Below are positions 24,576 through 36,899 of a stretch of 64,000 bases of DNA, in pieces (position 1 is the first letter of the stretch; each line of letters begins with the position of its first letter). The translations under genes were made by a program, and so were the position numbers. The notes under the pieces were generated by a model. The model was not told where the DNA came from, made no database searches, and saw nothing but the letters and a program-made list of their open reading frames with translations. Origin of the DNA: Torpedo marmorata (taxonomy: Eukaryota); the NCBI GenBank assembly GCA_977017645.1, contig OZ360230.1, forward strand, positions 78,368,001 through 78,432,000, in the 5' to 3' direction.

Positions 24576-26149
24576 ATATGATTTACATAATAAATGTTGG
24601 GGTTGTTTTATTTTGCATGACTTAATTTTGGAACTGCAACACGACACTGACAAACATACACATGTGAAAGTGGTGCTCACAACATAATTCACAAATGCCA
24701 ACAAGAAAGTTTAGTGCTAATCTAACTGGTAATTTCCCCTGAGCAGTAACATTTGCAATCCCTGGTATTTTCAGTGCACAGCACATCTCCAATAGATCTC
24801 AATCACATAGGTTTACATTTACTGTACTATATAATTGAACAAACTGAACGCACTAATAGGTTGCACACTGAGGAATGGTGTACTTCTGCTGGAACTTCCT
24901 GTTGCCTGATTTTTTTTAGTTAAATGGAATCATTTCTAGTTTTATGGTAGCTGCTGGAAAGTGTAGCTAATCAATGCTGACAGCCTCAGAACCATAGAAC
25001 ACTGATAGAACATGCAAGTCAGTTTGTGAATTCATTTCTGACTTCTTTGAATGATGGCACCAGCAATGACCCATTGAAAACTGATTAAACATGGCCAAGT
25101 TACCTGATTTATTATTTTTATACCTTTTTTTGGAATTACGTTATGGTTCTTTCACAGTTGGTGCTAACATTTAAGAAACCTAAATAATAAACGGTAAATT
25201 CCCTTTTGGATAATTTAATGTAATGTTGGAAAATGTTTTATATAAAATTATAATTAAAAAAGAAATGCAACTCAGGATTTGAAAGGATGGAGGAGGGAGG
25301 GAGGTTTCTGAGGCAGAATCCTGAAATTCATGTAAACGAAGCTGAAGCTGGTGAATCAGTCCAAATCCTGCTGTTTGTTGGTCAGCAAATGAGTCAGAAC
25401 TCTTACTTCCACATCACACCATTATAGATAAGGAAAACTCTTTTCCTTTGGCACATTATGAATCAGATGCAACGTGCAGCCTCAGGAAAACAAAAAAATA
25501 CCCTTGCTCGTGCGGTCAGAGGAAAATAAAATTAATGGGCAGACTATTTTGATTGGAATCATTAGTATTCAGCCATTGAAACTGATACATGATCTAGAAT
25601 TGCTGGAATTTATCAGAATTACACTGGAGAGTTTATCTCTTGGGATTCAGCACTAGGTTTCATTTGGGTGAGACACAAATGATTTTAATGGGCAAAGATT
25701 TAGGGGCTACAGTGATGGTAATCTAAGTACCCAATGGGTGAAGCAGGATCAGTGGGAGAAAAAGAATGGTCAAAGTTTCAAGCTGAATCCCCTCATCGAG
25801 ACTGACATTGTGAGCCAAAGGAATTAATCAAGGCTGTTCCTCCAGCAGAATGTGTTTAGTTCAGATTTCAGCATCTGCTGTTTCCTGTGTGTCTACAGAG
25901 ATGGCAATTCTACTCTTCCTGCACATCCAGCCCAAGTAAACAAAGGAAAGTTGCAGTTAGCAATTCAGGGTTGGGTGAGCATTAATAGACAGAGGAAGAG
26001 AAGAAGGAAGTGCAATAGAACTGGAGGTTCAGGAAGAGTACAATTTCTATCAAGCTACCAGAGCGAAAGGTAGTTCATGTAATTGCTTAATCTTCAACTT
26101 TGTCTCCCAACAGCTAAATTTGATGACCTGTGAAAATGGACACATTAAA

Positions 26150-26247
26150 CACAATAAACAAACTGCTGGAGGAACTCACCAGGTCAAGCAGCATTGTAGA
26201 AGCAAAGGGGTGAACGATGTTTTGGGTCGACATCCTGCATCAGGACA
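26150..26247 (-). mobile_element. Penelope pseudo-LTR relic with degenerate hammerhead motif
   Basis: Minus strand CCTGATGCAGGATGTCGACCCAAAACATCG..ATGCTGCTTGACCTGGTGAGTTCCTCCAGCAG resembles 32680-32770. Confidence 0.6.
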
Positions 26248-26614
26248 CTAATTGCAAAGGGTGACTGACCCACACTCATAGTTTCTCCTCCAAGTCACAC
26301 ACCAGCTGAATGCTACCAACTCATTTGCACGATTGCCCCTTGCAGTCAACACTACCCAATATCTTCTAAGGCTACAGTCTAAGTTCTAAGTATGAGGCCT
26401 CAGTTTGCATGTGTCTAGTGCCAGCTAAAATACCTCCATTACTTTGACTGGCTGAAAGGGAAGGAGCACTCTGGCTGCAACAAGAATCCAGTGATTCATC
26501 CAGACCCAGAAGATATCCTCCAGTGGTGGGAGAGAATTTGTTTTTTGACAATCCAAGTCTGGATGAAGGAGAATCAAAGTAGGGGACTTGAAGGAGGCTG
26601 GAGACTGTCCCAGT

Positions 26615-28276
26615 CAGTGGTTCCCAACCTGTGGGCCATGGCTCACTGGTGGGCCACAGGGTGTTTCCACGTGGGCCATGGAGACTTCCCAACCCACTGA
26701 GGTCAGGGTAGGTCTTTCCTCAGACCCACCCTGACCTCAGTGCAAAGGAGGATTGCTGATTTATCTAACAACATAAAAGAACAGGTAATTGCAAAAAATC
26801 AAGGATGCTACATTTGGATTGTTCTATATTCAGCTGAATGAATCCACAGATGTTTTGTCTTGTTCCCAGCTTCTTGCTTTTGTTCGATATGTGAAGGGGG
26901 AATCCTGGAGACAAATACCAGAGCCGTGGATGTGATAGAAAAGGTATCAGAGTTTTTTGACCGTGAGGGTCTGAACTGGCACAATCTGTGTGGAGTGTGC
27001 ACCGACGGTGCACCTGCCATGTTAGGACCGAAAATGGCTTCCAGACTCTTGTACGAGATCGATCTCCATAGGTTGTTGCTGTTTAATATATATTACATGG
27101 TCAAGCTCTTGCTTCAAAAATCCTTCCACCTCCTCTTCAGGATGTTCTTGGTCAAGTCGTGAAAAATTGTGAACCATGTGAAAAGTGGGGCTTTGAACTC
27201 TCGGCTGTTCAAACAATTGTGAGAAGATATGGATTCAGAGCATAAGAACGTGCTCTACTACACCAAAGTGCATTGGCTATCAACAGGAAATGTTGTTGTG
27301 CAGGTTTGAACTACGAGAAGAATTGCAGTTGTTCTTGAAGATGCAAAAAAAGTACAAACTGTAAACCTGCTTCGATGAAAAGCTGTGGGTATTTTGCCTT
27401 GCCTACCTTGTGGATATTTTTGATCAATTGAACAAATTGAATCTTAGGCTGCAAGGCAAGAGCACAACTATCATCCAGTTTGTTGATGCTCTCAATGCAT
27501 TTATACAAAAGCTTGAAAACTGGAAACACAAGGCTGAGGGAGGGAACTTTGCCGTGTTTGAATCTCGTTCAGCAGTAGCTGTTAATGGAATGGATGCTGA
27601 TGCTGCAAAGGAAGTTGTCTCTTATCTCAGCTGCCTCCGATGAAGAATTCCTGCACTACTTCCCAGAAATCAGCCAAAAAGGTCTGGAACCTGTGAGGAA
27701 CCCCTTTCTTGTTGAAGTCAACAAAGTCCCTGATGTTCTGCAAGATGAACTCATTGACCTTCAAAACGATTCTGGATGCAGAGATGTGTTTGAGACTTTG
27801 TCTATCTCTGAGTTTTGGCCAAAAATAACAGATAGTTACCCCAACATTGCGAAGGAGTGTCTTCAGAAGATCCTGCCCTTCATGACCACTTATCTTTGTG
27901 AATCAGGCTTTTCGATGTTGCTGCAGTTGAAGACAAAGGCACGAAACTGCATTGAAGTGGAGGCAGATCTCAGGTGTGCATTATTCTCAACACAACCAAG
28001 AATGTGGAAACTGGTGAAGAAACTTCAGGAACAGGGGTCTCATTAAAATGGCTTGAGCTTTGACTTTGATTGGGAGTCTTTATGTTCAGTGTGTGCTTGC
28101 AGTGTTTTTTGTTCTTTAAAAATGTTAAATAAAATACTTTAAATTAGATAAAGATGTATTTCTTACAGAGCTGCCTTTGACTTGAAAATATTGCTCAGTC
28201 ATTGCCACTAGTGGGTCATGGCATGTTAGGCCGGAAGCCAGGTGGGCCTCAGATCAAAATAGGTTGAGAAACACTG
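26615..28276 (+). mobile_element. hAT-Charlie (ZBED5/SCAND3/FAM200-like) transposon, internally deleted
   Basis: TIR CAGTGGTTCCCAACCT / AGGTTGAGAAACACTG (14/16); subterminal GTGGGCC repeats; degenerate TSD GTCCCAGT/GTCCAGAT. Confidence 0.88.
26900..28046 (+). pseudogene. hAT transposase C-terminal half, frameshifted
   Basis: GVCTDGAPAMLG, KIVNHVK, VHWLS, DIFDQLNKLNLRLQG and TTYLCESGFS motifs. Confidence 0.88.
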
Positions 28277-29141
28277 GTCCAGATAGATACGCACAGACAG
28301 TGATTAAAGATAGCATTAGGGGCCATCGTCAGGACTGAATGTCTGAGGATCTGGTTTGAGTACTAAATAAAAACCAATAACCTCACACCAGTAGTCAAGA
28401 ATTAAGTTAAATAGTCTGTCTTAAAATTTATCACCACCTGCAAAGCCACATAAAGTGGTCACATGGTGCCAGGCCAATAAATGTGCCCTTCCGTGGGGTT
28501 TGAGGCCTAAAACATAAAGCACTATCAAAGAGGTTTAAACATTGAAAGGCTTTCCCTTGCCAGTGAGGCAAGTCCAGGTTTGGTGAATTGCAAGGGAGGG
28601 CCACAAATTGTACCATTGATTAGAAAAGTTAAAAGAAGAGTTGTCATAGCAGGGGCCGGTGAACGGTAGGATCAGGTAAGGAGACTGTTGCGTGGGGCGA
28701 AGTGAATCAAAATAGGATGATGAGACTGGAAAAGGGAACCTATCTGATTTTCATAAGCATTTTTGTTTCATAAAACCTGAACCACAAGTCCTGTGAGCAT
28801 CTTCCTCCTTTCCAATCATCTTTGCCTGTCCCCGTCTGCCCAAGCAACAATCTTCTGACTTGACCATGCCCTGCCTCCCTTCCCCTACCAATTGCTATTG
28901 GTCACCCATGACAACCTTCATTTTAACCCTTCCAACCAGCAGATTCATCCATGTAATGCACAAGCCCTGGATTTAGGTAATATGCAAAGGAAGGGCACTC
29001 ATTGTGTTAGGCCTGTTTGGTAGTGACACCATGAGCCACAATATTATCACACCCAATATAGTACCAGACCCACACACTACTTAGTCCACCACAAAATTAC
29101 AATTTTGAACCAATATTCTCTACCCATTGAGACTTGTATCA

Positions 29142-29309
29142 ACATTCATCTTCTCCATCACACCCTCAGCCACTCAGCATGGTTAAAAGCCTCAAATACA
29201 TTCATCTTCTCCATCACACCCTCAGCCACTCAGCATGGTTAAAAGCCTCAAATACATTCATCTTCTCCATCACACCCTCAGCCACTCAGCATGGTTAAAA
29301 GCCTCAAAT
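29142..29309 (+). repeat. Perfect 56-bp tandem repeat x3
   Basis: ACATTCATCTTCTCCATCACACCCTCAGCCACTCAGCATGGTTAAAAGCCTCAAAT at 29142, 29198 and 29254. Confidence 0.97.
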
Positions 29310-29329
29310 TCATATCCAGAAACTTATCA

Positions 29330-29585
29330 CCTCAGCTTTTTTCTCTTCTGCCCTCCCAGCATATCCATTTTTGACTTCCTGTCTGTTGTCCTGTGCTCCT
29401 CCTCCTGCCTCTTCTTCTCTCTTCTCCTCTCCTTCCCCCCTCCCCCCACCTTTTTATTCCCCTGCCTTCTTTTTGCTCATACCTTGATGAAGGGCTCTTG
29501 CCCGAAATGTTGGTTATATCCCTTTGCTTCCTGGAGATGCTACATGACCTGCTGAGTTTCTCCAACACTTTTGTGTATTGCTTGC
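29330..29585 (+). mobile_element. Penelope solo pseudo-LTR with hammerhead-like motif (29483-29513)
   Basis: CT-rich tract, then CTTGATGAAGGGCTCTTGCCCGAAATGTTGG and GATGCT..TGACCTGCTGAGTTTCTCCA. Confidence 0.75.
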
Positions 29586-29657
29586 ACATATTGCCAACTA
29601 GTCAACAATGAAAGGTCAAGAACGACACTCTCTAACACATCACTACTCCTGCTGAAC

Positions 29658-30254
29658 TCTTGTGGCCTCCGTCGGTCGTGGTCGACCATGGGTACTGCGT
29701 CTCTGGTAGTCACTGTGGAGTGACCTCTCCAGGGTGCAAAGAGTTAATATGGAGATCTGTCTGTTGCCCATGCAGTGGGACCCTCCTCTCCATGCTAATG
29801 TCAGTTCCAAAGGAACGACGAAAGTCGATACAGTTTGGTGCCAGCAGCATCGCAGGAGTTGCCGTGCCGGTGCTGGGTACAGCAGTCAGCCGCCTTCGGG
29901 ACTTCAACTCCGGATTTTTCCTTGGGGTTTACTCCCAAAGCCTTTCCCGTGAGCAGGTATAGCCACAAGGCAGCGGAGGTTTGAAATCGGAGTTTTCCCT
30001 CTCCTAGATGATTACCATCCGTGGTCAACGAGCCCCACCTGCCCAGAGCAACTGGTTTCAAGGCACCAGTGGCCTGCCTTTGCCCCCTCTCCTGTCAATG
30101 AGAACAGCTCCGCCAGGCATAAGAACTATGCCACACGTGAAGGCCAGGAGTTGGACTTGGTTGTCAGAGGCTGTTTGAGAAGCACGCCATGAAGAGCATT
30201 TGTGTAGCACTGGGAGCTCGTCCCCACTACCACCCTTCTATGACAATCTTTAGA
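29658..30254 (-). mobile_element. RTE-derived non-autonomous retroelement (5' UTR plus 3' tail)
   Basis: Minus-strand RTE 5'-UTR-like motif ATCTAGGAGAGGGAAAACTCCGATTTCAAACC, RTE-like 3' stem ATGGTCGACCACGACCGACGGAGGCC; candidate 7-bp TSD GCTGAAC (29651-29657, 30255-30261). Confidence 0.65.
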
Positions 30255-31301
30255 GCTGAACATGGCTGTGAATATTCATATGCATCAGTGCTATTGGAAG
30301 GAAATAGTGTTTGTTGTATTTGCAGCCTTTATTGTTGCTGTAGCAAGGGTTGGGGCTGAAATGATGCAAGAGAATGATATCCTCAGCTTCCCCCTCAAAC
30401 CAAAATTTCTTCTGATTTACAAACTGCAGGGGGCATAATCTTGTACCTCTAACATTTCCCCCTCCTGTTCTTGTGCCTTTCTCATTTCAGGCTGCACAAG
30501 CAAATGGTGGCCAAAGAGTAAGTTGAGAGTAAAGATTAAATTATATTCTCCCTTGATTTAATGTTCCCAACTACCAAATGGCATTCTGACTCAATAGAAA
30601 TGTAGTAACTGGGCCCGAAGCCCCTCAGGTACGAGCTTGTTCATGGGTTCTGCTGTACGGAACTCAGAAAAGGACCTTAATAGGGCAGCCTACAGTCAGT
30701 GGCTGACTGGCTTGCACAATATTACGTCGTGTGTATTTGGCAGACATGCTAGAAAACTTACAGGTACTTGTGACACCAGTGAGGGTGATTTTCGTGACTG
30801 AATGGAGCATAAATCTGCTATGTCAGCATTCACAAAAGGAATAAGGGAAGGTTCAAGGGTGATTAATTGATGTTTCTATGCAATTTTACATGTTTTGATG
30901 CAGAATTTGGTGTGTATTCTTTATTTTGTGTCAATTTTTATTTTTGGATCGTGTCCAAGAAGAAGCAATGATGGTCAGCAACAGAAAGAAAGCAGAAGCA
31001 GGAATTGCTGGGAATAGGATATTTTTGTCAGAATCCTTCCCTCTGCAGGAAAAGGTGAATAATGCAGCCAAAGAAATGCATGGCTTGTGGGATCTCATGT
31101 ACACCATACTTGACTTGCATAATGTACAGGAATGACTGTAATTTTAATTGGTTTATTGCATGGCTCACAAAAGCATAAGAAATAGAAGCAACAACAGGCC
31201 ATTCAGCAACCCTGTGTGGACTGTCTGGAGGCTTCTTCCCGCAGGCGGTGAAACTGTTGAACAATTCTAGAAACCCATAAATCATTTTTATATTAAAATT
31301 A

Positions 31302-32818
31302 CACCAAAATGCTGGAGGAACAGCCGGTCTTTTCAGCGTCCATAGGAGACAAAGTTATATTGCCGACGTATCGGGCCTTCAAGGAATAAGCAGAATGAGC
31401 CAGAAGCAGGAAATCTCAGAAAGTCTCAGAATTCAGACAATGCTGGCTGGGGGAGGAATCCAGACCAACAAAAGGTGTTAATTGGATATGATAAGGGGAG
31501 AGGTGAGAATTTATCATGTTTGTGCGAAAGGAGATGGAAGGGAGAGACGGAGATAGGGAAAGGCGATGGGGGAAGAAGTGAGGGGGGGGGTTTAACGAAA
31601 GCCAGAGAAGTTGATATTAATGCCATCCGGTTGGAGGGCGCCTAGTCGGAAGATGAGGAATTGTTCCTCCAATTTGCGGGTGGTCTCAGTCTGGCAGTAC
31701 ATGAGACCATGGAGAAACATGTCACTAAAGGAATGGGATGGGGAATTGAAATGGGTGGTGACTGGGAGATCCACGCTATTGCAGCAGACAGAGCCGAGAT
31801 GCTCAACAAAGCGATCTCCCAGTCTGCGTCCAGTCTCTCTGATGTAGAGGAGATCACACCGGGAGCACCGGATGCAGTAGATGACCCTGCAGATTCACAA
31901 ATGAAATGTTCCTTCACTTGGAAGGACTGTTTGAGGCCCCGAATGGTGGTGAGGGAGGAGGTGTGGGTGCAAGTGGAGCATCTCCTGTAGTCACAGTGGT
32001 AGGTCCCAAGGGGAAGATTGGTGGGGAGGGAGGAATGGACAAGGGAGTCACGGAGGGACCGGTCCCTGCGGAAGGCGGAGAGGGGAGGAGAGGGAAATAT
32101 GTGTCTAGTGGTGGGATCACATAGTAGGTGGCAGAAATGGTGGAGGAGGATGTGTTGGATGCGGAGGCTGGTGGGGTGGTAGGTGAGAACAAGAGGAATC
32201 CTGTCCTTATTGCACGGGGGGGGGTGCCAGGGCAGATGTGTGGGTAATGGAGGATATGCGGGTGAACGCCGAGTTGATGGTGGTAGAGGAAAAGCCATGT
32301 TGTTTGAAGAAGGAGGACATCTCTGATGATCTGGCATGGAAGTCCTCATCCTGGGTGCAGATGCGACGGAGACGGAGGAATTGAGAGAATGGAATGGAAT
32401 CCTTACAGGGGACAGGGTGGGAAGAGGTGTAGTCGAGGTAGATGTGGGAGTTGGTGGGTTTGTAGAAGATGTCTGTCGAGAGTTTGTCTCCCGAGATGGA
32501 GACAGAGAGATCGAGGAAATGGAGAGTGTTGCTAGAGAGGGACCAAGTGAATTTGAGGCCGGGGTGGAAGTTGGCAGCAAAGTGGATGAAGTCAACGAGT
32601 TCATCATGGGTACATGAGGCAGCACCAAAGTCATCAGACTTTCGGAGATTTCCTGCTTCTGGCTCATTCTGCTTATTCCTTGAAGAAGGGCTCAGGCCCG
32701 AAACGTCGGCAATATATTTTTGTCTCCTATGGATGCCGAAAAGACCGGCAGTGTTCCTCCACCATTTTGGTGTGTTTTTACTACAATCACAGCATCTGCA
32801 GATTTTCGTGTTTCACAC
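31302..32818 (-). mobile_element. Penelope-like element, 5'-truncated, with inverted pseudo-LTR arms
   Basis: Frameshifted RT C-terminus and GIY-YIG endonuclease (VIYCIRCSRCDLLYIRETGRRLGDR; PVTTHFNS; EQFLIFRLGALQPDGINI); 31302-31426 is the reverse complement of ~32636-32772; possible TSD AATTA. Confidence 0.9.
32673..32715 (+). ncRNA. Minimal type-I hammerhead ribozyme motif in the Penelope pseudo-LTR
   Basis: UUGAAGA core variant, stem II GGGC-UCAG-GCCC, GAAA, palindromic ACGU with GUC triplet, stem I TATTCC/GGCAATA (one bulge). Confidence 0.65.
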
Positions 32819-33194
32819 AATTATTTTTATATATTTATTTTGGATTGCAATGTATATATGTTTGTGTGTAGGGTGTACTGTGTGTCTGTGTGTTTGCACT
32901 ATGGTCAGGAGATATGCTGTTTCGTCGGGGTGTATATGTACAATCGGATGACAATAAACTTGAACTTGAACAAAACTGGACCATGTTTAAGGACTAGGCA
33001 GCAGATCTCAATGAATATGCCACAGTGGGTATTGACTTTCTTGCAGTGCACAATAGTAGCATATAGGCAGAGGAGGGTAGAACTGAGAGGCCTCCAGATT
33101 TATTATGGACCCCATGAAGTCTCACAGTACTAGGTAAAATATTGGCCAGAAACCTCCTCCTGGTTACCACCCATACTGTGAGGCAATTTACATT

Positions 33195-33378
33195 GATATA
33201 ATAACCTCCCAACTTGTACGTCTTTGACATGTGGGGAAAAAAAACCCAGATCAGCTAGAAGAAAGCCATGAAGTCACAGAGGGAAAGAGCACTCCCCATT
33301 ACGGACAGCTCCTGAGGTCAGCATTGAACCCAGGACACTGGAGTTGTAAGGCAGAAGCTGCACTAGCTGTGCACTGTT
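33195..33378 (-). mobile_element. Old degenerate V-SINE
   Basis: Degenerate match to the V-domain and B box (ATTGAACCCAGG on plus). Confidence 0.6.
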
Positions 33379-33916
33379 CCACACTAGACCATGCTGCATC
33401 AATACATCTTATCTGCTGTCTGATAAAGCAGGTTCTCCCATTGCTCCTGCTACTCAGAGTCCAAGCACTGATTCAGTTCTCAAATGATCCCCTTTTCTTT
33501 CAGCAGATGCAGAGAACCCATTTAACAGGCACTCAGGCTATTTCATTGGGATCAGTCATTCATGAGTTAAGTCTGGCTGCTGATGTACATGGCAATGAGC
33601 AAGATCATTCTTGCTGCTTAGAGCAATTACTTAAAAGAATGGTCTCCATGAATTAAACCTTCTGCCAGCATCAGAACAAACTGACACAGTGTAATCAATT
33701 ATAGTGCACCCCAAGTCCATTTTGGGATTATTCAATTTAATCATCACCATCTCCCCCTCATACCACCATCCTCTATTGATTTAAAATAAGCGCAAACCTA
33801 TTGATTTAAAGCAAATTATGGCCTTCTAATAGAGTGGAAAAATAATGCCATAAGAATATTATGTTATATTATATCAAATAATCTCAGTCACAGAAATCAC
33901 GAGCCTCTTGTTGCCT

Positions 33917-34291
33917 CAGTGGTTTTCAAACTTTTTCTTTCCACTCACATACCACCGTAAGTAATCCCTATGCCATAGGTGCTCTGTGATTAGTAAGGGA
34001 TTACATACGGTGGTATGTGAGTGGGAAAAAAAAGTTAGGAACCACTGCTCTAGACCCAATTGTTACTGAAATATTTTGCTTGAGAAAAATTGTCATTGGC
34101 CCATTTCCTTTGGAGTTTGGAAACCGTGCACATAACGAGTCAATTAAATACGATTAAAACAGTGGTTTTCAAACTTTTTCTTTCCACTCACATACCACTT
34201 TAAGTAATCCCTTACTAATCACAGAGCACCTATTGCATAGGGATTACTTAAAGTGGAATGTGAGTGGAAAGAAAAAGTTTGAAAACCACTG
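33917..34291. mobile_element. Second copy of the composite hAT MITE
   Basis: Units 33917-34047 and 34160-34291 around the same 112-bp spacer as 7835-7946; right flank CTTTAGAT, no matching left TSD. Confidence 0.9.
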
Positions 34292-36899
34292 CTTTAGATG
34301 GACAAATTTCAGGGCTCTTTCCACCAGAATGTAAGATAATTTTATTAAAATTTTAAATATAAAGCTGTCAGGTAATATACTGTTTCCCTTGAATTGACCA
34401 CACTGATTCCTCCTCCCAACTCCTCATACCTGGTTGAGGCCTTTATCTCTCCCTTCTCCTCATCTCCCCCACATTTAATCACTACATTATTGGCCCCATT
34501 TCTCAATTGTGATCCCAGGCCTCCCTCCATGGTCTTCTGGCTGAACTTTATTTCATTTCTTCACTGCCTCCAACATGTCCTCATTCAAACATGCAGCCCA
34601 GGATCTTGGTCCTCTCTTCACTCCCTGACTTGACGCACAGGATCCAATACCACCACCCATCTACCGTTTCATCCCCCCCACAAATGTATCTAAAGCAAGA
34701 AGCAGGGTTCAAAGCCTTCCACTCTGCCCCAAATACATACGCACAGACATGGACAGACACATACATGGGCTAACACACAAAATACACACACTTGCACATG
34801 TACACGACCACCTCTGATTTAAGGCACAAGGTACATTCACTCATTCCTCCCACCCCCATCTGATCCCAAAGTTTTCCAACCTCCCAACAGCCACCTCCTA
34901 CTCCCACTCTTTGATTACAACACAGGTTGTCCCAAATTCCCAACCCTCTTGCCCTGCTTACTGGTAACTGCATTTCCAATTTCAAAAATGTGTGACATCT
35001 ATTCAGCTGCAGCAAGGGTCTTGAATTGCAGCAGGGGCCTCACACCAAGGTTGGATATTAATGTCTTGCTGCAAAGCCGACTTCCCCTACCCCTCTGACT
35101 GCTCCAGAAATGCAAGCGGAAAAATCTATGGACAGTTCATTTTGCACAATTTTGTTTGCTGAATGTTTGAATTCTGAACTTACTTTGATTGTCAACCTAA
35201 ATAATACATTTTAATATTTTGTGCAAATCTCAGTGTACTTGTTATTTACTTTTATTTCTATAAGATGTGACATTTATTTGAGGATTAAACAATAGAATTG
35301 TGCTGGGAAGGTTAATTATTTTATTCCTTCCAATTACTTCTGTTTTAATCGAGAACTCTCCACTTTATTTTTAAATGCTTTCCTTGCTGATAATTGTTTT
35401 AGGATAGCCCTTAGGTTTACTCAGCAAAATTTCTAATGTGTGAAACACAGGTGGCAATTTATGTTTGTTTGGAATATGTTCAAAGTCAAAAGGTTAAAAG
35501 TACAGGTGAAGGCACAGTTAACCCCAGATTTCTGAGGCTGACATTCCAACAGATGTTAGTTCTTTCAGCTGTGAAAGAGAAAAGAGCCGCTTCATTCAAC
35601 ATTGGTAATAAAATCCAGTAGAACCACTCCATATTTGAAAGCTGGGTTCAGAGTGGAACATTTAGCTATTTAACAGTACGTGAGCTGGCCCAAATTTCTG
35701 ATGTTTGTTTAACCTTCTGCAGCATTCAGTGAAAGCAACAAGCAGACAGAACATGCTGAGGACTCGGAAACAAAATGAGATTATATTATCCTGACATTAA
35801 CATTAAGTGATTTTCATTAAAAGTTAAGCTAGATAGCATTCATGAAAACAACTGAAAAGTCAGATTGCATTTTCATAATTAAATAACATTTAAAAATGTT
35901 AGATGAAATTATCCTACCTTTACTTTGTTTTATGTGAACAAAATTTATATTTTTGTCTTGAAACTAGTAAAATTAACCAATAAAATTTCCATAGGATTGA
36001 AATTGTTGTGCAATAAATTTTATTTTTTAAAGGTTAAAATTCCCTATATTTTATCAGTAATGTTTCCACACTAGTTCCACACAAAAATTATAGTAGTGGT
36101 CTTATTTTGAAAAGTTAAGATGCGGTAGACTATTACATATTCTAAACAGATCAACTCCATCTTCCTCAAAATCTTTTCTCCTTCAATGTGTTTTTGGTTT
36201 TCTCATTCATTCCTCCTATCGCCATTGTTTCCTTAAAATACATGTTCTAAAGCAAAGTTCTGGATATAGGAACTGCCAGACAATAAATGATTAAGTTCTC
36301 TGCAGTTTGCTTTCTACCATCCTGGTGATTGAATGATAAGCAAGAATGGTGTTCTTTACTAATCATTGCAATCAATCTCAATCAATCAGTCTCTAATAGA
36401 TCCAGACATAAAACAGGGGCAACCACATTTGTGAAGGATTTATTATATGACAACTATTGAACAATAAAACCAAAACTCATCTTAAATCAACAATAGAAAC
36501 CATTTGTCTTTCATTTTTCTTAAATCTGGTGATTCCTGAATTAACTGTAACATGAATACTGTGGTGTTGCTGTCGATTTCAGAAGCCAGTGATGTGCTCG
36601 GTCAAGTCTAAGCTGTTATCAGTAAACACACACATACCATGACATGAAGTGTAAACCCCGTCAATAATATGGCCCTGACATGTACTGTCTGAAGATTAAA
36701 AAAAATAGCTGCCATGGTTAGACATGTAAAAACCTATCTTACTTAAAACAATTTTTTTATTACCATGCCAGCTAATTTTTCTTGTCTGTACTGCTGTGCT
36801 GAGAATTACATTTTTAAATCTTTAAGCAATCAGATAACATATTGTGATTTACCCATTTCTGACTGGATTATTTATTTAGAAACATGCAAAAGGAAGTTT

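Larger units (their letters stand above)
31215..32970 (+). mobile_element. Rex1/Babar LINE 3' end split by the Penelope insertion (31215-31301 and 32819-32970)
   Basis: GFFPQAVKLLN motif on the left; 3' UTR ending GATGACAATAAACTTGAACTTGAA on the right. Confidence 0.7.

Noticed and set aside
29142-29309. CRISPR-like array
   Set aside because: Head-to-tail identical units with no spacers and no cas genes
31642-32667. 341-aa Ser/Pro/Thr-rich protein
   Set aside because: Mostly an off-frame reading of the frameshifted Penelope ORF; only the middle part is in the true frame
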